In this document: in pieces, positions 31,063 through 38,193 of the stretch
How positions within the stretch are numbered: position 1 is the stretch's first letter
Layout of the letters: every line of letters starts with the position of its first letter
IMG/VR virus record: IMGVR_UViG_3300027357_000001
Source: a virus
Direction: 5' to 3' (one strand)
DNA length: 40,298 nt
Program-made: the position numbers and the translations under genes
Notes under the pieces: generated by a model
What the model was told of the DNA's origin: nothing
Seen by the model: only the letters and a program-made list of their open reading frames with translations
Databases searched by the model: none

Positions 31063-31195
31063 TTGCTTTCGCCTCCAAAACAATTTGCAACAGTGCAAAA
31101 GGCGTCATGATTGAACTTCCGGCATGACGAACCCGGACAACGAAGAAACCGAACCCTTCCCGTTCCTGCCGCTCGCGACGTTTGCCGCGAGAGTG

Positions 31196-31366
31196 CTAAC
31201 CGGCAGCACCGAGCAAAATCAGAACCGCGCTCCCGACCGAGCCGCCGCCAAGTACGAAGAAGAACAAGCCGAACAGCACCGCGCCCACGTCGATCAGGGC
31301 TTGCGCCAGATAGCCGCGTTTGAACGGCGCGCTCGCGGGCTGAAACGTTGGTGAAACGTTTCTCAT
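31196..31366 (-). CDS. Small membrane protein, 56 aa (below ORF-track cutoff)
   Basis: Hand translation: MRNVSPTFQPASAPFKRGYLAQALIDVGAVLFGLFFFVLGGGSVGSAVLILLGAAG. Its ATG overlaps the cro-like stop (ATGA 31363-31366). This replaces track ORF 31124-31354(+). Confidence 0.6.
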   Translation of the reverse strand: MRNVSPTFQPASAPFKRGYLAQALIDVGAVLFGLFFFVLGGGSVGSAVLILLGAAG

Positions 31367-31611
31367 GCCGCGTGCTCTTTCACCGGATCGGCGGGCACAT
31401 GCGACGGATCGCGCCAGATGTCCGGACGAATGTCCGAAGCTGGGACAGCTCCGTTCAAAAACCGATGGATCGCCAAAGCCATCTCAGCCGTGGCGTGCCC
31501 TTTCCGCTTCGCTTTGTTGATCGCGACTTGCGAAAAGCCTGTTCCTTCGCCAAGCTTGGCCTCAGAACCAGCCAACTGAATTGCTTTTTCGATAACCGGA
31601 CGTGCGCTCAT
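31363..31611 (-). CDS. Cro/YdaS-like HTH regulator, first gene of the minus-strand early operon
   Basis: 82 aa. HTH segment AIQLAGSEAKLGEGTGFSQVAINKAKRKG, then IRPDIW. It is divergent from the CI-like repressor. Confidence 0.7.
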   Translation of the reverse strand: MSARPVIEKAIQLAGSEAKLGEGTGFSQVAINKAKRKGHATAEMALAIHRFLNGAVPASDIRPDIWRDPSHVPADPVKEHAA

Positions 31612-31617
31612 AACCGA

Positions 31618-31646
31618 ATTAATAACATAGGTTTTCGAGACGTCAA
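31618..31646 (-). promoter_or_regulatory. PR-like early promoter with embedded operator
   Basis: Read on the minus strand: TTGACG (31646-31641), 17-nt spacer, ATTAAT (31623-31618), then 6 nt to the cro-like ATG. The 10-bp element AACATAGGTT (31624-31633) fills the promoter-proximal spacer. Confidence 0.5.
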
Positions 31647-31652
31647 CAACTA

Positions 31653-32378
31653 ATGTTTTGGAGAAACGTGGTCGAGCTTTGGCTAAAAGCCTTCGCCATG
31701 AAGGCAGGGGGACTGATCCGCGACAAACGCCGAGAGCTTGGCTGGTCTCAAAAGGACCTAGCCGAGCGCGTCGGCGTGTCGCAGGTAGCGATTATGAAGA
31801 TCGAGCGCGGGGAGACTGTGAAGTCGAAACACTTTCCGAAGATCGCCCAGCTCTTGGGGCTAGATCTCGCCCTGCTCGACCCGACACTAGTCAAAGGTCA
31901 TGTGCACACCGTAACTACCCGGGGTAGTGCACCACCCAACCGGGCGCTACAGGTCATATCTAATGAACAAATAAAAGGCAGGTATGACCTACCCGTGTAC
32001 AGCACCGCTCAAGGAGGGACAGGCGCCTTAGTCCTGTCAAACCAGCCGTTCCGGCATATCGCTCGCCCGCTCAATCTCGATGGCATCCAAGATGCCTTCG
32101 GGGTGCTGATCGTCGGCAACTCCATGGCGAAGGAGTATCGGGAGGGCGATATTGCTTATGTCGATCCCCACCTACCTCCGCGTGTTGGCGACGCCTGTCT
32201 TTTCCAATCTGAGAACCACGGAACTGTCGAAGCCGTCATCAAGTATCTCGAGAAGCCGGCGGAAAGCTCCCCCGATCTCTGGCACGTCAGCCAGTCCAAT
32301 CCAGAGAAGAAGTTCACTTTGAAAAAGGCCGAGTGGCAGAAGTGCTACGTCCTGGTCGGTAAGCAATCCGGCCGGTAA
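31653..32378 (+). CDS. CI-like repressor (XRE HTH + S24 LexA-type autopeptidase)
   Basis: N-terminal HTH: LIRDKRRELGWSQKDLAERVGVSQVAIMKIERGE. C-terminal S24 motifs: VGNSM (Ser) and IKYL (Lys). Start uncertain (ATG 31653, GTG 31668 after GGAG, or ATG 31698). Confidence 0.85.
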   Translation: MFWRNVVELWLKAFAMKAGGLIRDKRRELGWSQKDLAERVGVSQVAIMKIERGETVKSKHFPKIAQLLGLDLALLDPTLVKGHVHTVTTRGSAPPNRALQVISNEQIKGRYDLPVYSTAQGGTGALVLSNQPFRHIARPLNLDGIQDAFGVLIVGNSMAKEYREGDIAYVDPHLPPRVGDACLFQSENHGTVEAVIKYLEKPAESSPDLWHVSQSNPEKKFTLKKAEWQKCYVLVGKQSGR

Positions 32379-32400
32379 AGCGCTACTCAGAGCTGGGAAT

Positions 32401-32431
32401 GCCGGGTGCCGTAGTCTCCCGGTTCTTTTTT
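32401..32431 (+). terminator. Rho-independent terminator after the repressor gene
   Basis: Stem CCGGG/CCCGG (32402-32406 / 32418-32422) with an 11-nt loop, followed by TTCTTTTTT. Confidence 0.6.
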
Positions 32432-32454
32432 AATTGGGGCGATAACTTTTCTTA

Positions 32455-32483
32455 TTGACGATAACTAGAACATAGGTTATTAG
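32455..32483 (+). promoter_or_regulatory. PL-like early promoter with embedded operator
   Basis: TTGACG (32455-32460), 17-nt spacer, TATTAG (32478-32483). The same 10-bp element AACATAGGTT lies at 32469-32478. CGATAAC direct repeats at 32440 and 32459 flank the -35 element. Confidence 0.5.
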
Positions 32484-32510
32484 TTTTCCCATCAGCAGGG
32501 GAAACGCCCA

Positions 32511-32867
32511 ATGTCCTACTACTCGCCCAACCCGCACTACGCGCCCGCCGATTACAGCGAGGACCACGCCCGCCGCGCCGCCGCCGAATTCGAGGGAAGC
32601 CGCTGGTTCAATGACCTGACCAAGCCGCAGGCCGCCCGCCACGCCCAGCGCATGGCCGACGCCCTCCCCTACAAGGGTTCGCCCCGCTGGGAGCGCATGC
32701 GCGAGGCCGCCATGGGCGAATTCGTGGAGACCACCACGGAAGCCTCCGAGATCTGCAACATGGTCATTCGCGACATGCTGGAGACCGGCGAGGTCTCCGA
32801 AGCCACGTCCTACGCCTTCGATGAGTGCATCACCCGCCAGAACATGGCGCTGCAGGCCGCGGAGTAA
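32511..32867 (+). CDS. Hypothetical protein (118 aa), first gene of the plus-strand early operon
   Basis: Clean ORF with AGGGGAAA upstream of the ATG. Confidence 0.6.
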   Translation: MSYYSPNPHYAPADYSEDHARRAAAEFEGSRWFNDLTKPQAARHAQRMADALPYKGSPRWERMREAAMGEFVETTTEASEICNMVIRDMLETGEVSEATSYAFDECITRQNMALQAAE

Positions 32868-32872
32868 TCGTC

Positions 32873-33214
32873 ATGAAGCATTTCCGCTTTGACGTCCGCT
32901 GCGTCGACGGCCGGCTGTTCCAGCACATGCCGCAGAACGATGACCCCTATTTCGAGCGCGACATCGGCCGCTGCGAGGATTGCGACGGCGCCGGCTGCGA
33001 TCGGCTGCACCGCCAAGCTGCAGAGGCGAAGGTGGGCGACAAGATCGTGTGCACCCACGTTTTCCCGCCGATCCCGGATCGCCGCTACGACTGGCTCGCC
33101 ACGCGCGACAACGACGAGCCCGACGACAACGGGCACATGTTCCAGGGCTTCGGCCGCACCGAGCAGGATGCGATTGACGATCTTGTGGCCGTCATCGAGG
33201 ACGCGCGGGGCTGA
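32873..33214 (+). CDS. Hypothetical Cys-rich protein (113 aa)
   Basis: ATG at 32873 lies 8 nt downstream of GGAG. Translation begins MKHFRFDVRCVDG and contains CEDCDGAGCDRLH. Confidence 0.6.
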   Translation: MKHFRFDVRCVDGRLFQHMPQNDDPYFERDIGRCEDCDGAGCDRLHRQAAEAKVGDKIVCTHVFPPIPDRRYDWLATRDNDEPDDNGHMFQGFGRTEQDAIDDLVAVIEDARG

Positions 33215-33216
33215 CG

Positions 33217-33327
33217 ATGATTGATTTCCTTCACCGTCACGGTTGCGACGCGACCGATATCCGCGACCTCGCTGTCATCGCCGCTTTCGTCAGCATGGTT
33301 TTCGTTTGGTGCGCGGTGCTGGCATGA
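33217..33327 (+). CDS. Possible 36-aa membrane peptide (below ORF-track cutoff)
   Basis: Hand translation: [36 protein letters not shown]. Its stop overlaps the next ATG (ATGA 33324-33327). Confidence 0.4.
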   Translation: MIDFLHRHGCDATDIRDLAVIAAFVSMVFVWCAVLA

Positions 33328-33632
33328 GCAACAGCAACGCCGCATCCCGCGTCACCTACGAAAAGCGGACAATGGCCTATTACGACCGCTTGCCGAAATC
33401 GGTTCGATACGCAGTTGCAAACGCCAGGTTCGACTGGACGCTGAGCAAGTTGCTGCGCGCATTCGAGCGCGGCCAAGCCAGCGCCGCCGACTTGGTCGGC
33501 GCCGTCGAGCGGATGGACAAGATCGAGAGCGCCAAGACGCGCTTCCGCGCATGGGGCGGCGACTATCCGATTTTCGACGGCGAGATTTCTCACATCCCGC
33601 TCACCCGCAAGCCCCGCCGTTCCCGTCGTTAG
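33324..33632 (+). CDS. Hypothetical protein (102 aa)
   Basis: ATG at 33324 within track ORF 33243-33632. Translation begins [38 protein letters not shown]. Confidence 0.6.
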   Translation: MSNSNAASRVTYEKRTMAYYDRLPKSVRYAVANARFDWTLSKLLRAFERGQASAADLVGAVERMDKIESAKTRFRAWGGDYPIFDGEISHIPLTRKPRRSRR

Positions 33633-33661
33633 TCCCCTCAAACCACAACAGAGAAACCGAA

Positions 33662-34390
33662 ATGCTCGATACGATCACCAAGCAGCTTTTGAAGTTCGAT
33701 GTCCGTAACCGCTTCACTGGAGCGGTGCAATTCACGGCAGAAATCGACTGCCGCGACGATGCTTCGACCAGCATTAAGCTTGGCCTCGCGATCAAATGGG
33801 CCATCAAGAGCGGCGCGAACCTGAGCGGCGCGTACCTGAGCGGCGCGGACCTGAGCGGCGCGTACCTGAGCGGCGCGAACCTGAGCGGCGCGTACCTGAG
33901 CGGCGCGGACCTGAGCGGCGCGGACCTGAGCGGCGCGTACCTGAGCGGCGCGTACCTGAGCGGCGCGAACCTGAGCGGCGCGTACCTGAGCGGCGCGGAC
34001 CTGAGCGGCGCGGACCTGAGCGGCGCGTACCTGAGCGGCGCGTACCTGAGCGGCGCGAACCTGAGCGGCGCGTACCTGAGCGGCGCGGACCTGAGCGGCG
34101 CGTACCTGAGCGGCGCGTACCTGAGCGGCGCGTACCTGAGCGGCGCGTACCTGGGAGCCGATCAGTGGATCATCCAGGGAGCGACCCGCAGCGACGGTTA
34201 CGCCTTCTTCCTCCAGAAGCTCAAGGCAGACAAAGAGCCGATGGTGAAAGCCGGCTGCCGCTACTTCACTCTGCGCGAAGCGCAGATCCATTGGGAAAAG
34301 ACCCGCGCCGGGACGGCGCTCCTTACCGAAACCGAGACTATCGTCCGTTGCATGGTCGATCTCGCCCGCGCGCGGAAGCTGATGGATTGA
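33662..34390 (+). CDS. Pentapeptide-repeat protein (242 aa)
   Basis: ATG at 33662. Contains 23 consecutive A(N/D/Y)LSG pentapeptides, flanked by non-repetitive N-terminal (49 aa) and C-terminal (about 78 aa) domains. Confidence 0.85.
   Translation: MLDTITKQLLKFDVRNRFTGAVQFTAEIDCRDDASTSIKLGLAIKWAIKSGANLSGAYLSGADLSGAYLSGANLSGAYLSGADLSGADLSGAYLSGAYLSGANLSGAYLSGADLSGADLSGAYLSGAYLSGANLSGAYLSGADLSGAYLSGAYLSGAYLSGAYLGADQWIIQGATRSDGYAFFLQKLKADKEPMVKAGCRYFTLREAQIHWEKTRAGTALLTETETIVRCMVDLARARKLMD
33809..34153 (+). repeat. In-frame tandem repeat, 23 x 15 bp (AGCGGCGCGNACCTG)
   Basis: The units are identical except for the first base of one codon (AAC/GAC/TAC). Unit order is N Y D Y N Y D D Y Y N Y D D Y Y N Y D Y Y Y Y, which implies a 90-bp higher-order repeat. 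Confidence 0.95.
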
Positions 34391-34392
34391 CC

Positions 34393-34641
34393 ATGGCATT
34401 CGAACAGCAGCGGGCGGCCGAGGCGGAAGCCGCCCGCAACACCCGAGTTGAAGGCTATGCGTCGTGGCTCGCCGACGACGTCGACGGCCTCATTCACAAC
34501 GTGGTGCCGCGCGACGGCGCGCCCTGCCAGCACTCGACCGCAATTCTCGCCGAGGCCCGCGCCCTTGTCGCGCTCGCCCTCTCGAAAATCGACCTCGCAA
34601 TCCAGCGAGACAAGGAAGCCCACAGCCAGGAGGCCGCATAA
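34393..34641 (+). CDS. Hypothetical protein (82 aa)
   Basis: ATG at 34393, 2 nt after the previous stop. Its stop abuts the erf ATG. Confidence 0.55.
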   Translation: MAFEQQRAAEAEAARNTRVEGYASWLADDVDGLIHNVVPRDGAPCQHSTAILAEARALVALALSKIDLAIQRDKEAHSQEAA

Positions 34642-35424
34642 ATGTCAGCCGAACCGCTCCCCGCCGACAACATCAAGCCGATTGCCGTCCGGCGCCCGCG
34701 CGCCGTCGCGCCGGCCGCCCCGGGCCCGCTCGATATCGTTCAAGCCGCGCTCGCGAGCGGCAACGTCGACATGTACCGCGAGGCCGTCGCGCTCATGAAG
34801 GAAATGGACGCTTTCGCGGCAAGGAAGGCGTTCCAGAACGCTCTAGCCGATGCCAAATCGGAACTGCCGATCATCCGGAAAAACCGGCACGTCAGCTACG
34901 GCGAAGGCAAGAGCGCGACCGCCTACGACCATGAGGATTTGGCCGAGGTTGTCGAAACCGTCGTGCCGATCCTCAGCAAATTCGGACTGTCTCACCGCTG
35001 GCGCACATCTGGCAAGCCCGGCGAGCCTGTCACCGTGACATGCATCATTTCGCACCGCGACGGCCATTTCGAGGAAAACTCGCTTTCGGCCGGCGCCGAT
35101 ACATCCGGAGGCAAGAACCCCATCCAGGGCGTGAAGTCGGCAGTCTCCTATCTGGAGCGCATTACGCTCATGGCTTCGCTTGGTCTCGCCTCGCGCAGCG
35201 ATGACGACGACGGACGCGGCACCACCGCCGAGCCCGCCGAATACGTCCCGCCGGCCGGATCGATCAACGCCGAACAAGTGGAATTCATCCGGGATGAACT
35301 TCGCAACAAGGGCGCCAGCGAAAAGGCATTCCTCCAATGGGCGAAGCAAAAGCGCATTGAGGACATCCCGGCAACTCACTTCGGATCCTGCGTCAACGCT
35401 CTGGCGAATTTCAAGAAGGCATAA
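34642..35424 (+). CDS. erf: ERF-family single-strand annealing protein
   Basis: 260 aa. The segment KSATAYDHEDLAEVVETVVPILSKFGLSHRWR, followed by a conserved core and an acidic tail region, fits the ERF pattern (Y..L..V...V.P.L...GL). Confidence 0.75.
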   Translation: MSAEPLPADNIKPIAVRRPRAVAPAAPGPLDIVQAALASGNVDMYREAVALMKEMDAFAARKAFQNALADAKSELPIIRKNRHVSYGEGKSATAYDHEDLAEVVETVVPILSKFGLSHRWRTSGKPGEPVTVTCIISHRDGHFEENSLSAGADTSGGKNPIQGVKSAVSYLERITLMASLGLASRSDDDDGRGTTAEPAEYVPPAGSINAEQVEFIRDELRNKGASEKAFLQWAKQKRIEDIPATHFGSCVNALANFKKA

Positions 35425-35427
35425 CCC

Positions 35428-36480
35428 ATGAACGCGATTGTTACTCTCGATAGCATTCTGGAACCCTCGCAGGCCCTCACCCCTGCCGCTCTATTCGGCA
35501 CCGGCCAGATTGAAACCATCGTTTCGGCGATCGAGAGCCAGGTTCGCGCCGAGGCCTACGACGTCACCACGCCGGAAGGCCGCGAGCGCATCAAGTCGGT
35601 TGCCTACAAAATCGCCCGGTCAAAGACGACGCTGGACGAGATCGGCAAAGAGCACGTTGCCGACATCAAGGCGAAATCGGCCGCGATCGACAAGGAGCGC
35701 AAGACGCTGCGCGATCGGCTGGACGCCCTCAAGGATGAGGTTCGCAAGCCGGTCACCGATTGGGAGCAAGCCGAGGCGAACCGCGTCAGTGGCCACGAAA
35801 ACGCGCTTGTAGTGATCATTCAGGCGCCGACCATCCTCGCCGGCAAGTCATCCGCCGAGATCAGCGCCGTCAAGGAACAGCTTGAGGCCATGGCCGGCCG
35901 GGATTGGCAGGAATTCGGCGACCGTGCCGTTGCAGCGTTCGCCGAGATCATGCCGAAGATCTGCAATATGCGCGATGCTGCCTTGCAGGCCGAGGCGGAC
36001 GCCGCAGAACTTGCCGAGCTGCGCCGGTTGAAGGCCGATCGCGAGGAAGCCGACCGCAAGGCCGCCACTGAAAAGGCTGCACGCGAAGAAGCGGCCCGCG
36101 CAGAAGAGTGGCGCCGCCAGCGCGAGGAACAGGCCCAGCGCGACCTTGAACGCGCTGTCGAGATCGCCCGCGAGGAAGAACGCCAGCGCGCCGAACAATC
36201 CCGCATCGAGGCAGAGCAGCGCGCTGAGCGCGAGAAGGCCGCCGCGATCGAGGCCGAGCGCCGCCGGCAGGAGCAGGAAGCGCGCGACGCCGCGGCAAAG
36301 AAGGCCGCCGAGGAAGCCGCCGAGCGCAAGCGCCAGGAGAACGCCAGGCACCGCGCGAAGGTGCGGGCCTCAGTTCGCGAAGCCTTCCTGAAACACACCG
36401 TGGTCGACGCCGCGGACGTCGACCGCATCATTGAGACCATCGCAAATGGCCTCATCCCCCACGTTTCCATCACCTACTGA
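35428..36480 (+). CDS. Coiled-coil protein with long Glu/Arg/Ala-rich helix (350 aa)
   Basis: Clean ORF between the annealase and exonuclease genes. About 115 aa are of ER/K-type charged-helix composition. Confidence 0.65.
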   Translation: MNAIVTLDSILEPSQALTPAALFGTGQIETIVSAIESQVRAEAYDVTTPEGRERIKSVAYKIARSKTTLDEIGKEHVADIKAKSAAIDKERKTLRDRLDALKDEVRKPVTDWEQAEANRVSGHENALVVIIQAPTILAGKSSAEISAVKEQLEAMAGRDWQEFGDRAVAAFAEIMPKICNMRDAALQAEADAAELAELRRLKADREEADRKAATEKAAREEAARAEEWRRQREEQAQRDLERAVEIAREEERQRAEQSRIEAEQRAEREKAAAIEAERRRQEQEARDAAAKKAAEEAAERKRQENARHRAKVRASVREAFLKHTVVDAADVDRIIETIANGLIPHVSITY

Positions 36481-36490
36481 GGCCAGCGCC

Positions 36491-37099
36491 GTGCAGATTT
36501 TCAACGTCGACCAGAATTCTCCCGAATGGTTCGAGGCGCGCCGCGGCATCCCGACCGCCTCGCAATTCAAAGCCATCTTGGCGAAGGGCGAAGGCAAGAG
36601 CCGCCGCGCCTACATGATGAAGCTTGCCGGCGAGATCATCAGCGGCGAGCGCATGGAGAGCTTTTCCAACGAGTACACCGAGCGCGGGCATGAGTTCGAG
36701 CCGATCTTGCGCGACCTCTATTGTTTCGAGACCGGCGCGCAGCTCGATCGCGTCGGGTTCATCCGGAACGGCCGCGTCGGTTGCTCGCCTGACAGCCTGA
36801 TCGGCACCGATGGCGGCTTGGAGATCAAGAGCCAGTCGCCGCACTTGCTCATTGAAACCATCCTCAAGGACGAATTTCCGCCAGAGCACAAGGCCCAGGT
36901 GCAGGGAACGCTTTGGGTCACCGGGCGGGAATGGTGGGACATCGCCGTAGGCTACAAGAACATGCCGCTGTTCAAGAAGCGCGCGCACCGAGACGAACGG
37001 TATATCCAGAGCCTTGCAACCGAAGTCGACCGCTTCACCGCGGAGCTTGACCAGGTTGTGGAGCAAATCCACCGTCGTGGCGAGGCGGTGGCGGCATGA
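36491..37099 (+). CDS. YqaJ-like (lambda Exo-type, PD-(D/E)XK) recombination exonuclease
   Basis: GTG at 36491. The N-terminus QNSPEWFEARRGIPTASQFKAIL is the YqaJ signature. Downstream motifs are CSPD and LEIK. Confidence 0.8.
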   Translation: MQIFNVDQNSPEWFEARRGIPTASQFKAILAKGEGKSRRAYMMKLAGEIISGERMESFSNEYTERGHEFEPILRDLYCFETGAQLDRVGFIRNGRVGCSPDSLIGTDGGLEIKSQSPHLLIETILKDEFPPEHKAQVQGTLWVTGREWWDIAVGYKNMPLFKKRAHRDERYIQSLATEVDRFTAELDQVVEQIHRRGEAVAA

Positions 37100-37464
37100 G
37101 CGCTCGCGTCGTCTCAGAAGCTGAGTTCAGAACAAGGATGCGGGTTGTTCTTTCCGACCCGCTCACCGTGACGGTCGGCTGCGTCACTGGCCCCGGCCGC
37201 AGCGGCGCCATTGCCGCCGTCTATGCTAGTCACATTCTGCGCGTGCCCTTCCTACCGTATGGGCAGAAGGCGCCGGCGGATCTCGGTCGGCTCCTGATCA
37301 TCGACACAGCCCGGGAGAGCGGCGCAACACTCCGCAAAGCGGAGCGAAAATATCTCGGCTGCACGCCTCTTGTGCTCGTGGCCTACGAGGAACCACCGCG
37401 CGTCGTCTTTTGGTACGAAGCACGCAAACCGCAGCGTTATCGCCATGAGGGACGCGCAGCATGA
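37096..37464 (+). CDS. Hypothetical protein with phosphoribosyltransferase-like motif (122 aa)
   Basis: VTGPGRSGAIAAVYASHILRVPF followed by LLIIDTARESGATLRKA resembles the type-I PRTase nucleotide/PRPP loop, but the acidic pair is degenerate. ATGA overlaps at both ends. Confidence 0.5.
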   Translation: MSARVVSEAEFRTRMRVVLSDPLTVTVGCVTGPGRSGAIAAVYASHILRVPFLPYGQKAPADLGRLLIIDTARESGATLRKAERKYLGCTPLVLVAYEEPPRVVFWYEARKPQRYRHEGRAA

Positions 37465-37910
37465 GCGGCCGCGCCCTCCTCGTTCTCTCGTCCCGCGCGA
37501 TCCGGGAAAAGGCGATTGACTGGATCATGCGCCTACCTGCCGGGACGCGCGTCGAGTTCAAGGGACCGCAACGGACCCTTGAGCAAAACGACAAGCTTTG
37601 GGCGATGTGGACCGACGTTTCATCGCAACACTGCATCGACGGGCGCCGCTACAGCCCGACCGATTGGAGGCTGATTTTCCTCACCGCCTACGCCGAAGAG
37701 ATGGGCATGGAAATCCGCCACCTACCGGCGATCCACCGCGCCGGGCTCATTCCCTGCGGTCGATCATCCTCAGACCTTTCCGTTCGCGAGGCCTCCGAGC
37801 TGATCGAATGGATGCTCGCGTGGGGCGCCGAGCAAAACCCGCCGATCGTGTGGAGCGACCCGAAGCCCGCAACCGAAGGAGCACGCAGCCGTGAAGAAGT
37901 CGGAGCATGA
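37461..37910 (+). CDS. ninB: NinB/Orf-family recombination mediator
   Basis: 149 aa. RTLEQNDKLWAMWTDVSSQ...SPTDWRLIF matches the NinB pattern R.L.QN..LWA.L.DI..Q......EDWK. Confidence 0.75.
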   Translation: MSGRALLVLSSRAIREKAIDWIMRLPAGTRVEFKGPQRTLEQNDKLWAMWTDVSSQHCIDGRRYSPTDWRLIFLTAYAEEMGMEIRHLPAIHRAGLIPCGRSSSDLSVREASELIEWMLAWGAEQNPPIVWSDPKPATEGARSREEVGA

Positions 37911-38193
37911 CCATATCCAAAAGCTCGGTGCCCGCTGGGCGCCGGTGCTGGCCGCAACGAGCTTGAGCGTGCGGCAGGAAAGCAAACTTGTCGGGCTCGA
38001 CAAGATCAGAATTCCGCTCGCGACTACGGCCGCGCTCAAGGCAACGCTTTGCCCGGATGCCCCCCCCGTTTTTACCGTTCCCGCGATCGCTGGGAAGCAT
38101 CCGGAGGTCATTCAGGAGATCGTGGACACAGCTTTCGCCAAGGCGGTCGAAGCCGGCGAACGCGCATTTTCCGTGGTTGCGGTGGCTGAATGA
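37891..38193 (+). CDS. Hypothetical protein (100 aa)
   Basis: GTG start overlapping the ninB end. Its stop overlaps the next ATG (ATGA). Confidence 0.5.
   Translation: MKKSEHDHIQKLGARWAPVLAATSLSVRQESKLVGLDKIRIPLATTAALKATLCPDAPPVFTVPAIAGKHPEVIQEIVDTAFAKAVEAGERAFSVVAVAE

Noticed and set aside
31124-31354. Track ORF 31124-31354(+), 76 aa.
   Set aside because: It has no SD, a charged low-complexity sequence and runs antisense to the operon direction. The minus-strand frame gives a coupled, clearly membrane-type 56-aa protein.
33809-34153. The tandem array considered as a CRISPR locus.
   Set aside because: The units are contiguous 15-mers with no spacers and lie in frame within a CDS. No cas genes are present.
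33638-34641. Repeat-containing ORFs 33638-34399(-) with QVRAA repeats and 33796-34641(+) with PERR(V/G) repeats.
   Set aside because: They are alternative-frame readings of the 15-bp tandem array. Only the A(N/D/Y)LSG frame has non-repetitive, protein-like flanks, an SD-spaced ATG and matches a known repeat family.
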